This document shows, in pieces, positions 1 through 8,265 of a DNA stretch of 64,000 nucleotides. Both the position numbers and the translations under genes were made by a program. Source of the stretch: a virus. The stretch's first letter is position 1. Each line of letters starts with the position of its first letter. The notes beneath the pieces are model-generated. The model was not told the DNA's origin and ran no database searches. It worked only from the letters and a program-made list of their open reading frames with translations. The stretch spans positions 136,745 to 200,744 of the IMG/VR virus record IMGVR_UViG_3300024983_000001; one strand, 5' to 3'.

Positions 1-121
1 GCGAATGCGAAACTCGAGCGATTGATGACGACGACCCTGTGCTAAAGTCCTGGGTGGCTCAATGGGCCGAGCAATGGAATCGAGTGACGGGCGACTCGTT
101 CAAACCGAAGTGGAAAGAGTG

Positions 122-442
122 ATGTCTTACAAACTGTTCATTGATGATGAGCGATTCCCAGTCACGGATGATTGGATCGTCGCCCGCTCTTCACAAGAAG
201 CTGTTGGGGTTATCACCGTATATGGCTTCCCCATGGAGATTGCTTTCGATCATGACCTTGGTGGTGATGATACCAGCATGAGATTCATTAATTGGTTGTT
301 GGATCAGATTCTTGATGAGAACCTGGCCATTCCAGTTGGGTTTAAATACAGTGTTCACTCCCAGAATCCTGTGGGAGCAAAAAACATTAAGGATGTGATG
401 GACGGCATTCTGTATAATTTTGGTCCTAAGCAGTTGACTTAA
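122..442 (+). CDS. cyclic-phosphate processing receiver-domain protein
   Basis: KLFIDDERFP...IAFDHDLG...VHSQNPVG motifs of the stand-alone receiver family seen near phage RNA-repair genes; start placed at MSYKLF. Confidence 0.75.
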   Translation: MSYKLFIDDERFPVTDDWIVARSSQEAVGVITVYGFPMEIAFDHDLGGDDTSMRFINWLLDQILDENLAIPVGFKYSVHSQNPVGAKNIKDVMDGILYNFGPKQLT

Positions 443-489
443 TTTTAAATTGATGTATAGTTATCAAACTGTCACAACGGAGTAAACAA

Positions 490-702
490 ATGGCACAACA
501 TCCGATTTTACGCATTCCTGCCGCAGTTGTTTTTGATGTGGAGAATGCTGAACATCGTCAGTTTTTCCATAACTTCCGGAAGAATCTGACCTGGAAAGGT
601 GCTCCTAGATTCGTTCTTGAGGATCAGTGGTCGAATGTTCCTGACATGATTACCAACAAAATGTTGGATTATTACATGAAGGGTGAGTTTGGAACGAAAT
701 AG
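490..702 (+). CDS. hypothetical protein
   Basis: ORF with GGAG RBS. Confidence 0.75.
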   Translation: MAQHPILRIPAAVVFDVENAEHRQFFHNFRKNLTWKGAPRFVLEDQWSNVPDMITNKMLDYYMKGEFGTK

Positions 703-706
703 CAGT

Positions 707-782
707 TCCCCAGTAGCACAGCGGTAGTTGCGCCTGACTGTTAATCAGGATGTCGGTGGTTCGATCCCATCCTGGGGAGCCA
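707..782 (+). tRNA. tRNA-Asn(GTT)
   Basis: TCCCCAG/CTGGGGA acceptor, CCTGA-CTGTTAA-TCAGG arm, GGTTCGATCC, CCA. Confidence 0.95.
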
Positions 783-787
783 AAGAA

Positions 788-1070
788 TTTGCTTAGTCGG
801 CAAATAACGGTGTATCAGCGTTACTGATATGATCGGATGCCGGATCGCCGGGGCATGGCGGGGGACTGCGCCTTATCCTGTTTCCAGCTAGCCCACCAAG
901 CTTTACGTGGTGGACCATGTCCGAACGATGGTTGAAAATGTTTCGGTGGTTGTGTCGCCTTACAGTAAGGCGGTGAGGTTCAGCTCCGGACCTCGGTTAG
1001 CGTCTAAGAGTAGACTGCTCAGAGCATAAATTACGGTGGCAGCACAAATTGTTGGTACTGCCATAAATAA
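788..1070 (+). ncRNA. candidate structured ncRNA between tRNAs
   Basis: GC-rich non-coding spacer with several hairpins (956-972, 975-994). Confidence 0.4.
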
Positions 1071-1077
1071 AGATTTT

Positions 1078-1173
1078 GGTCCTCAGCATTGGTATGCGGC
1101 GGAGTTTTATAAACTCTGGAGACTGGTCAGATAGGCTGGAACGACACGGGTTCGAATCCCTGGGGGACTACCA
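1078..1173 (+). tRNA. atypical tRNA-Ile(TAT) with long variable arm
   Basis: GGTCCTC/GGGGACT acceptor, 4-nt D loop, GGAGT-TTTATAA-ACTCT arm, bulged T stem, ACCA. Confidence 0.7.
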
Positions 1174-1183
1174 AAAAAAGAAT

Positions 1184-1400
1184 TGCAGTTGAGTCTGCTC
1201 CGATAGTACCGTGAAGACTCGTACGTAAATCTAAGCGTGCTGAGGGTGCCCACCCAAGAAACAGAATGGGTTTTAGTTTGTTTTACAGATGTTCTGACGC
1301 ACCTTGATTCCCACGGAGGGATATTGAGACTGCGGTCCCCTGGCAGGGGTGAAACTGGAGAGTGCCAGCTCTCGTGGTGGATCGGGATGTCTATAAAGTA
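1184..1400 (+). ncRNA. candidate structured ncRNA
   Basis: GCAGT(1185)/ACTGC(1329) closing stem plus internal hairpins; no credible ORF. Confidence 0.4.
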
Positions 1401-1409
1401 AATTATTAT

Positions 1410-1495
1410 AGCGGGGTAGTGAGTAGTTGGCAGCTCTCCGGCCTCATAAGCCGGCGTCTTTGACCCCGAAGGTTCGAGTCCTTCCTCCGCTTCCA
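1410..1495 (+). tRNA. tRNA with CAT anticodon (Met or Ile2), expanded variable loop
   Basis: AGCGGGG/CTCCGCT, CCGGC-CTCATAA-GCCGG, GAAGG-TTCGAGT-CCTTC, CCA. Confidence 0.85.
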
Positions 1496-1496
1496 G

Positions 1497-1641
1497 ATAT
1501 GTCGTAAAGGATTGGCCGAGATACTGGCCCTCGCGTGGTCCCACATTACAATACCCTGGTGTGGGGTAGCCCGGACGGACCGAAACCACTTAGCGGTGGG
1601 ATGAACACAAGAGTAAAGGGATTTGAGTGTTCGCGACATAT
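1497..1641 (+). ncRNA. candidate structured ncRNA (~145 nt)
   Basis: ATATGTCG/CGACATAT perfect closing stem around four hairpins. Confidence 0.5.
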
Positions 1642-1646
1642 ATTTT

Positions 1647-1720
1647 GCGGGATTGGCTCATTGGTTGAGTTCCAGCCTTCCAAGCTGGCTAAAGGAGTTC
1701 GATTCTCCTATCCCGCTCCA
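1647..1720 (+). tRNA. tRNA-Gly(TCC)
   Basis: CCAGC-CTTCCAA-GCTGG arm, canonical cloverleaf, CCA. Confidence 0.95.
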
Positions 1721-1725
1721 GTTTT

Positions 1726-1797
1726 ACCCCTGCCAGCGGACTGGGGGGACGCCTTCTAAGCGACCTACCGAGGGTTCAACTCCTTCCAGGGGTGCCA
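1726..1797 (+). tRNA. atypical tRNA-Arg(TCT)
   Basis: ACCCCTG/CAGGGGT acceptor, D stem CCAG/CTGG abutting acceptor, CTTCTAA loop, GCCA. Confidence 0.75.
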
Positions 1798-1910
1798 GAG
1801 CTGTTGTGCTCAGGCCGAGAGGCTGCTATAATAGCACCGAAGTGTTGATAGATGTGGTGGCCCGTTTATCAAACGATGTGATTATAGTTAGGGACCACCA
1901 AGTTTTCAAT

Positions 1911-2115
1911 GCGGGTGTAGCTCAGCGGTGTTTACGCATTATCCAGTAGGTTGGCCAACTGATCGGGTAGTGGGCAGGTAACGCACAGACGGTAGATTAG
2001 CATACATATTGAGAAGGAGTAACGTTCCCTTCATACGTATGCGAAGGATCGAATGTGTCAGAGCAGCTTTTTGATAAAGAGCAGGTCGGTGGTTCGAATC
2101 CATCTGCCCGTACCA
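1911..2115 (+). tRNA. tRNA-Ile(GAT) interrupted by ~128-nt insertion in D loop
   Basis: 1911-1929 joined to 2059-2115 gives a canonical 76-nt tRNA-Ile ending ACCA. Confidence 0.8.
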
Positions 2116-2127
2116 AATTTGTAGTAA

Positions 2128-2243
2128 GCGAGAGTGATGGAATGGTATACATAGGAGACTTTTTCAAGGATCTGCGAAGAGCGGGTTCTTCTTAAAATCT
2201 CCCGGCTTCGGCTATAGGGGTTCGAGTCCCCTCTCTCGCACCA
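2128..2243 (+). tRNA. tRNA-Leu(TAA) interrupted by 32-nt insertion in anticodon loop
   Basis: GCGAGAG/CTCTCGC acceptor, GGAGA/TCTCC stem, CT[32 nt]TAAAA loop, type II variable arm, ACCA. Confidence 0.8.
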
Positions 2244-2252
2244 AATACATAG

Positions 2253-2738
2253 TTATGCTTTGTTACGGCCTTTGTTCTTCCCACGATATGTAGGGGTGAG
2301 GGCGTGACAGTTAGGGCATAACAACCGTAGATTATTCAGGCGATTGTTACTCGAGTCACCATCTATATGGTCCAGTTCCACAGGGATTGGATTATCCAAC
2401 CAAGTATCATTATCACACCCGCAGCAGCGGCGCTCCAACATCCCTTCCTGTAATAAACGATTCTTCAGACGAAAGGAGTTTATCTCTATGCCACCGTTCA
2501 AGTAATCATTAATGTCTCTCTTTGGTTGCTGTGTGCCCTTGTTCCAGCCTTTGCCCTTGAAGTGAGTTGTGTCAATGCTATAGGTAGCTACCGCCTTCTC
2601 TATTATCTTGTAGTTGCCACCCCTTGCGGCGACACCCAACTTCAGCAGCGCCTGTCTCACTGAAGTGGAATTTGTAATTGCTGCCCGCAAAGTCTGTTCA
2701 TCGTAACTATGTTTCATAACATCTCCATTGGAATACAC
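2253..2738 (-). CDS. HNH homing endonuclease
   Basis: CCGC...ELDHIDGDSSNNRLNNLRLLCPNCHA; start may be 2717. Confidence 0.9.
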   Translation of the reverse strand: MYSNGDVMKHSYDEQTLRAAITNSTSVRQALLKLGVAARGGNYKIIEKAVATYSIDTTHFKGKGWNKGTQQPKRDINDYLNGGIEINSFRLKNRLLQEGMLERRCCGCDNDTWLDNPIPVELDHIDGDSSNNRLNNLRLLCPNCHALTPTYRGKNKGRNKA

Positions 2739-2894
2739 ATCGTATAGTTATTTATGATGTGTTCCTATTGGGTAATATTACCCCCAAAAAATCAACGAGT
2801 TACATCCCAATAGCCCCACAAAAATATCTTTTGTTGTCAAGGAGTTATATTCAGGGTATAATTTTAATACCTATAACTTTTAAAAGGGAAACAA

Positions 2895-3431
2895 ATGAAC
2901 ATCTTTAAACGTAAAGTTGCTTTAACCAAAGCTCCAGCCGCTGCTCGTGTTGAGACCCTCATTGGGCCCAAGACTACGATCACCGGTGACATTCGATTCG
3001 AGTCAGCTATTCGCATTGATGGAGATGTCCGTGGGAATGTCGTTCCGTCTGATCCTGTGAAGAGAGAGGTAACAGGTCCACTATCACATGTAACGATTGG
3101 TAAAGATGGAACTGTGTCCGGGGACATCGAGGCAGACAATGTCAGTATCGAGGGGGCGCTTTACGGAGAAGTCCTGGGCACCTGGGTACACCTGACAGCT
3201 ACCGCCAAAGTCTACGGAGATGTCAGCTACTACCAAACCCTCCAGGTCGATCCGGGTGCTCAAGTGGAGGGAAAGATGATCCGCATGAATTCTCTGTCAG
3301 CGATGTCTCCTTTGTCTGAAGATGAACACCAGGGTCACATTATGTCGCCTGAAGAAATTCAGGACGCCAATCTACCCCCACTACCATTATCAGGATCGGT
3401 ATACGTTTCTACCCCTATTCCTGCGGTTTAA
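2895..3431 (+). CDS. bactofilin (polymer-forming cytoskeletal protein)
   Basis: TLIGPKTTITGDI...IDGDVRGNV...IGKDGTVSGDIEADNVSIEG...GAQVEG beta-helix repeats. Confidence 0.85.
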   Translation: MNIFKRKVALTKAPAAARVETLIGPKTTITGDIRFESAIRIDGDVRGNVVPSDPVKREVTGPLSHVTIGKDGTVSGDIEADNVSIEGALYGEVLGTWVHLTATAKVYGDVSYYQTLQVDPGAQVEGKMIRMNSLSAMSPLSEDEHQGHIMSPEEIQDANLPPLPLSGSVYVSTPIPAV

Positions 3432-3520
3432 TAGGGTGTTAGGGTGTTGACCCCCGCTTAAATAGGGGGTATAATTGATACATGGAAGTACATTAAATTA
3501 ACTAATCTGAGGAGTAACTT

Positions 3521-4051
3521 ATGAAGACCATTCAACCTACCACTACCAAGCTCGCCAGCCTATCCTGGGGACAACGTTTTGCCCTGATTGAAGCCTACAA
3601 ACTGTCGGCGGAGGCTGCTTGCGAAGCTTTCGGTGTTACGACCGAGGAGTTGACCACCGCTTCCGATCTGAAGGGCAAGGGCATCTTTAAAATTGACACC
3701 GTGATGGATGTTGCACCCTACGGCGAATTGTTTGGTGTAGCGCCGGTAGCTAAAGCTCCCCGTATGGCAGGCCCTGCCACCAAGAAAGTTGCTACTCCGA
3801 AGAAGCGCGGCCGCAAGGGCGACAAAATCACTACTGCATTCCTGGCTGTCCCCGTTACCCCGGTTAGTGTTGAGGCGTTCATGAGCGAGTTTGGTGTGTC
3901 GCTGGCAGTGCTTCGGCAAGCCAAACGTTTCGATACCACGGAGCTGGCATCTACCCGGCCCGTTCGAGTGAAAAAGGTGAATGGCATCCTTACCATCTGT
4001 CGCCCCGAAGCTGAAGTTGCTGGAGCCGAACCCGTCGCCGATGAAGCTTAA
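3521..4051 (+). CDS. hypothetical protein (basic KKRGRKG patch)
   Basis: ORF with RBS behind sigma70 promoter at 3447. Confidence 0.85.
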   Translation: MKTIQPTTTKLASLSWGQRFALIEAYKLSAEAACEAFGVTTEELTTASDLKGKGIFKIDTVMDVAPYGELFGVAPVAKAPRMAGPATKKVATPKKRGRKGDKITTAFLAVPVTPVSVEAFMSEFGVSLAVLRQAKRFDTTELASTRPVRVKKVNGILTICRPEAEVAGAEPVADEA

Positions 4052-4110
4052 AGTCACCCCTAGGGCCCTGAGGGCCCTAGTAGCAAAATAGTTCTAAAAC
4101 CGTACGGGTT

Positions 4111-4143
4111 AAAAGGTGGGAATTCGCTTCCCACCTTTTCTTT
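4111..4143 (+). terminator. intrinsic terminator
   Basis: AAAAGGTGGGAA-TTCGC-TTCCCACCTTTTCTTT. Confidence 0.8.
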
Positions 4144-4191
4144 TGTATAAATATAACATATACAATCTGAAACAAATTAGGGAGACTAATA

Positions 4192-4434
4192 ATGAAAATT
4201 AAACAACTGTTGGGTAGTAAAACTATTGCTGAAGCTAACGATATGACGGCAATTACTAGTAAAGATTACGACGAGTGGTGTTCACAGATCGGTATGAAGG
4301 GTGAAGAAGTTTCTGTAGATGAGTTCAAAGAAGCTGCTTGGGAAGTCCTTGACAACGACCCTAAATTGGGTTCAGCATCAGAAGGAGATAAGGCCAAGAT
4401 TGTGTCCAAACTCTGGAAGATGCACCAAAGCTAA
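4192..4434 (+). CDS. hypothetical protein
   Basis: ORF with GGAG RBS; TATAAATA upstream. Confidence 0.75.
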   Translation: MKIKQLLGSKTIAEANDMTAITSKDYDEWCSQIGMKGEEVSVDEFKEAAWEVLDNDPKLGSASEGDKAKIVSKLWKMHQS

Positions 4435-4443
4435 AGTATATGT

Positions 4444-4638
4444 ATGAACCACCTTTATTCACACCTTACTGTTGACGAGATACAATTTTATCTTGCGAGG
4501 GGTGTAGAGATGCACCCGCTGCTGTATCGTGCATTGATTGAAAAAATCTACGATATGGGAAGAAGCAACAAGGTTTGTCCAATACCACTCACTATCCTCG
4601 AGAGGTATTATTTCAACAAAATGAAAAAGGTGGGGTAA
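4444..4638 (+). CDS. hypothetical protein
   Basis: ORF, no family recognised. Confidence 0.65.
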   Translation: MNHLYSHLTVDEIQFYLARGVEMHPLLYRALIEKIYDMGRSNKVCPIPLTILERYYFNKMKKVG

Positions 4639-4651
4639 TTACTAGTAAAAG

Positions 4652-4677
4652 AAAAAGGGCCGAAACGGCCCTTTTTT
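4652..4677. terminator. bidirectional terminator
   Basis: AAAAAGGGCCGAAACGGCCCTTTTTT between convergent ORFs. Confidence 0.85.
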
Positions 4678-4691
4678 GTTTTGAGAGTTTT

Positions 4692-5030
4692 TCAGTACAA
4701 CGAGTCGATGTTGATGGAGAAGCTCCCACCAAAGTCTTCCTCGTTCCATTTGCGATCCCCAACCACTTGCTGTCGGACGAACACTTCAGAATCATCAGCA
4801 TCAGGTCCCATATAAGGACACTGAACGATCTTGTATTCGCTATCCCCATCATTATCTTCGAAGTCAATGTTGGGAAGAACTTTATCTTCGATCCGCTTCG
4901 CTGGTTTTGAGGCTTTGGCTGAAGCAGCAATCAACGCATCAATCTTGCGAGGACGTCCACGAGGACGTTTGATGCTGGTAACAGGTTCTGCAACTTTCGG
5001 TTTGTTTTTACTACCTTTAGGACGTGCCAT
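4692..5030 (-). CDS. AT-hook-containing putative DNA-binding protein
   Basis: MARPKGSKNKPK and KRPRGRPRK motifs; acidic C-terminus. Confidence 0.75.
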   Translation of the reverse strand: MARPKGSKNKPKVAEPVTSIKRPRGRPRKIDALIAASAKASKPAKRIEDKVLPNIDFEDNDGDSEYKIVQCPYMGPDADDSEVFVRQQVVGDRKWNEEDFGGSFSINIDSLY

Positions 5031-5470
5031 TTGATCTCCTTAAAGTTTAAAGAAATGAAGAATGTTTTCAGCGAGGGCTGGTAACAGGAATGCCATACCA
5101 ACTAAACCAAATACGAGTGAAGGGTGTTTAACGATCATCGCTTCGACTTTTGGGCTATGCATGATTTGTGATCCTTTTAAATAACAAACGCTATGTTCAA
5201 CGCTTTTTGGAAAAAGTCAACAGAAATTTAGATGCCCGGAAACTGTTCATGTTCATCACAAACGATACCAACGAGAGTCTTTTTAACGCAATGAATCTTG
5301 TTCCAAATCTTTTTGATTAAAGCCATCATTGCATTCTCCTTGGGTTGATGTGTCTATTATACTATGCATTTATGCTAGGTCAACAATTATTTGAACATTT
5401 TTATTGAATTATATTGTTGACTTTTAGGGTCAAGTCTGTATAATGAATTTATTGCTGAGGGAGAACTGAA

Positions 5471-5686
5471 ATGAAAGCGTATGTTCAAGGAATGACCGCC
5501 GAGCAAGTTTTGGCGATTCGTATTAACGAGATCGAACAACTAGCTGAATTGATTAAGACGGAAGCTGCTACCTGGAAGGCTCCTGGTACGAATTGGGGGC
5601 ATGCTGGTTCTGCATCCTATGTCGTTGAACAACTCGAAAACATCGCAGGGTTTCTGAATATTCCTACCCTCGAAGAGGATGTGTGA
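5471..5686 (+). CDS. hypothetical early protein
   Basis: ORF+RBS behind promoter. Confidence 0.8.
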   Translation: MKAYVQGMTAEQVLAIRINEIEQLAELIKTEAATWKAPGTNWGHAGSASYVVEQLENIAGFLNIPTLEEDV

Positions 5687-5943
5687 TGAGATTCAAAGCT
5701 CTCAAATCGTTTGGTTACAGTATCTTCGTTACTCACCGTTGTGGTGATATGTGTTGTTCGTGGCGTGAGATCGATCGTGATACGATTGAAGAAGGTGAGG
5801 AAATTGATGTGTACTTCGAAATTGAAGATACTATCATCGATGAAGAATACTGTCTGATGCTTGTTAATGACAACAAATTCGTTCCTGTTGACGAAGAAGC
5901 GATTGAATGGTACAATGATAAATCACTGGGGCTCTGTCGGTAA
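5683..5943 (+). CDS. hypothetical protein
   Basis: coupled ORF. Confidence 0.75.
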   Translation: MMRFKALKSFGYSIFVTHRCGDMCCSWREIDRDTIEEGEEIDVYFEIEDTIIDEEYCLMLVNDNKFVPVDEEAIEWYNDKSLGLCR

Positions 5944-5949
5944 ATCAAA

Positions 5950-6330
5950 ATGAAACGTGAACAACTTGATGTACTATTCTCTCAAATGGTGTGGGATCAA
6001 CTCGGTATCACGACACTGGAAACTCGCAATAGCGATCGACTCGATTTTCATGAAGTGTCTGTTGCTTCTCTGAAGAAATTGATGCATGCAGTTTACGATG
6101 CTGCCAAAAATACCACCGAACCAGAACCGAAATCAGCACCGGTGATGGTTAAAATCGTTCGTGGTAATATGGAAAAATTCCCATACGGATTCTTATCGGA
6201 AGCTGACAGAAGTTTTGTGTCACAATCGGTTGGACACCACTTTATGGGCACACGCATCGATATGAACTTTTACCAGCTGACTAACGGCCGGATGGTTCAC
6301 ATCTACAACGCAACGGAGGTTGGTGGATAA
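5950..6330 (+). CDS. hypothetical protein
   Basis: ORF in operon. Confidence 0.75.
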   Translation: MKREQLDVLFSQMVWDQLGITTLETRNSDRLDFHEVSVASLKKLMHAVYDAAKNTTEPEPKSAPVMVKIVRGNMEKFPYGFLSEADRSFVSQSVGHHFMGTRIDMNFYQLTNGRMVHIYNATEVGG

Positions 6331-6332
6331 TT

Positions 6333-6506
6333 ATGGAATATGATGCAAGAATTGGTGAACGGTTGTATACTTTTTACTCCGTTGATGACGTGCAGCGTGC
6401 AAGGGCATTATACGCCACGTTTACTGGAAACCAAAACGAGTTTGAGAACGCAATGGTGGAACGACACATCGACTTTGGTTTCCCATTTTACCCCGCTAGC
6501 TGTTGA
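6333..6506 (+). CDS. hypothetical protein (57 aa)
   Basis: ORF read by hand; stop TGA lies in the next -35 box. Confidence 0.6.
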   Translation: MEYDARIGERLYTFYSVDDVQRARALYATFTGNQNEFENAMVERHIDFGFPFYPASC

Positions 6507-6553
6507 CCTTTGACCCTCATTGTGTATAATTACTTCATCAACTGGAGATACAC

Positions 6554-6835
6554 ATGAACTTGATTGAACTCGCTGAAGAACTGACTGACTCGGACATCAT
6601 CGAGTTGTTTGCTCGCAGAGCTCTGATTGGTGAGCAAGAATATTTGCGTACCAAATGCAACGATCCTGATCTCAAAGAAAAAGACATTCGCGTATTCCGA
6701 AATACCCTGGCAAATAGCCAAGCGTTGTCTGAATTTGCTGTTGAAAATCTCTCTCTGGAGGTGTATGATACTCTCGTTGATGATATCAACGCCAAAATTG
6801 CAGAAATCGCAGAGGAGTATACACGAGATGTTTAA
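6554..6835 (+). CDS. hypothetical protein
   Basis: ORF+RBS behind promoter. Confidence 0.8.
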   Translation: MNLIELAEELTDSDIIELFARRALIGEQEYLRTKCNDPDLKEKDIRVFRNTLANSQALSEFAVENLSLEVYDTLVDDINAKIAEIAEEYTRDV

Positions 6836-6916
6836 AGAAATCGAGCCATCCAACCGTTGACTTTTACCCTAATTGGGGTATAATGATTACATCAACTGAC
6901 GACACGGAGCAATAAA

Positions 6917-7123
6917 ATGGCACAAGATGTTAACAATCTGAAAGTTGGCGATTACGTCTGTTTCAAATACGACATCGAGCAGAGTGGTCAAATTCTCTCC
7001 GTGAAACGTGGCAATTACGGCAAAGAATACACCGTGCGTGCATTTCATGGTGAGTACGTCGACAATATCGATGGCACCGTTATCTCTCTGCAACCGCGTG
7101 ATTGTTGGGTCGAGGAGTTCTGA
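6917..7123 (+). CDS. hypothetical protein (small SH3-like barrel possible)
   Basis: LKVGDYVCF...GQILSV pattern. Confidence 0.75.
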   Translation: MAQDVNNLKVGDYVCFKYDIEQSGQILSVKRGNYGKEYTVRAFHGEYVDNIDGTVISLQPRDCWVEEF

Positions 7124-7124
7124 A

Positions 7125-7448
7125 ATGAATCTCAAGGATCAAATTACCCACGCAGAGCTTAATTTGTTTCGCTTCAAGCAGCGTGTCCGTGAGCAGGAAG
7201 GTCTCATTACCGAACTGAAAAGTCTCCGTGCTTCTTGCACACATACTTTTACAGACGCCGTACCTGGCTATGAGCACGAAGGTGGCACCTGCATCCATTG
7301 TGGCATTAACGAACTGGAAGCGGTTAAACCAAGAACTCGATTCAAATTCAGCAATGTGTTTTGCAGCCAGTGTGGTAGCGAATTCGGGCCTGGTGATCAC
7401 GGATTCTCGTCATGTAAAGAGCACCAAGGAAATCGTGCAATCGGTTGA
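7125..7448 (+). CDS. hypothetical Cys-rich protein
   Basis: CIHCG and CSQCG motifs. Confidence 0.7.
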   Translation: MNLKDQITHAELNLFRFKQRVREQEGLITELKSLRASCTHTFTDAVPGYEHEGGTCIHCGINELEAVKPRTRFKFSNVFCSQCGSEFGPGDHGFSSCKEHQGNRAIG

Positions 7449-7577
7449 CTTTTGTCCCAATCGTTGTATAATTGACTCATCGGTTAACAAAACAGGAACG
7501 ACCATGGCTGCTTACGAAGATTATGTTGATGAAGAAGTCCGTGAACTCAACGAACAAAATCAACAGGATGATGCAGA

Positions 7578-7793
7578 ATGAACGAACCTCGTGAAGTGAT
7601 TATTATCACGAAACAGGATCGTCGTGGACAAATTATTGGGACTGTTCGTGATGCAGAAACGAACGATCTTATGATTGCTGCCACACTGGATTACTGCCTC
7701 GATCAATGCGCAATCCGACAACTCGAAATAACAAATGCACAACACGTACTAATGATGCTGCATAATCAAAAAAGGATCAACTATGAAGTTTAG
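7578..7793 (+). CDS. hypothetical protein
   Basis: ORF in operon. Confidence 0.7.
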   Translation: MNEPREVIIITKQDRRGQIIGTVRDAETNDLMIAATLDYCLDQCAIRQLEITNAQHVLMMLHNQKRINYEV

Positions 7794-8046
7794 AATTACC
7801 CTCAAAGACCCTGATGGCGTCTATGACAGTGTCGCTGATGCTGTAAATGATAGCATTCGGCATTCAATCTCGGTGATTGGTTCCGATGATGCTGCGGCTG
7901 ATTTCGATTCTGATGAAGTCGAATTGGTAAAAGAAGCACGCACTGAAAAATACAACAGCTTCCTGAAGAAATGGATCGAATACGGAGAGTATGTCACGAT
8001 CGAATTTGATACGGTTGAGGGAACTGCAGTTGTGGTTGAAAATTAA
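7783..8046 (+). CDS. hypothetical protein
   Basis: ORF in operon. Confidence 0.75.
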   Translation: MKFRITLKDPDGVYDSVADAVNDSIRHSISVIGSDDAAADFDSDEVELVKEARTEKYNSFLKKWIEYGEYVTIEFDTVEGTAVVVEN

Positions 8047-8255
8047 TGGATGGGTTGATGGACTTGCTTCAACAGAAGCCATACACATTTAAGAGAGCCA
8101 GCTACATTTTTCAAACATATCAAATTGTGTTTGAGGAGACTCCGATACGTGAGGTGGTTGGTTATGATAATGCAGAAAGTCTAACTCGGTTACTAAATAG
8201 TGCTTGGCGTCTTGGCGCTGGTTCAGGGTACATCGTCGGACAATCTACACAATAA
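8046..8255 (+). CDS. hypothetical protein
   Basis: coupled ORF. Confidence 0.65.
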   Translation: MDGLMDLLQQKPYTFKRASYIFQTYQIVFEETPIREVVGYDNAESLTRLLNSAWRLGAGSGYIVGQSTQ

Positions 8256-8265
8256 AGGACTCCCA

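Noticed and set aside
1853-1900. TGGTGGCCC...GGGACCACCA hairpin ending in CCA
   Set aside because: No T or D arm; only a hairpin, not supportable as a tRNA.
1107-1949. ORFs 1107-1589(-), 1406-1639(-), 1535-1759(+), 1623-1949(+)
   Set aside because: They overlap tRNA genes and structured spacers, with no RBS or protein-like features.
1930-2193. Calling the tRNA insertions group I or II introns
   Set aside because: At 128 and 32 nt they are too short. No P7/R-S core, no IGS pairing with the 5' exon, no domain V, and the Leu insert lacks omega-G.
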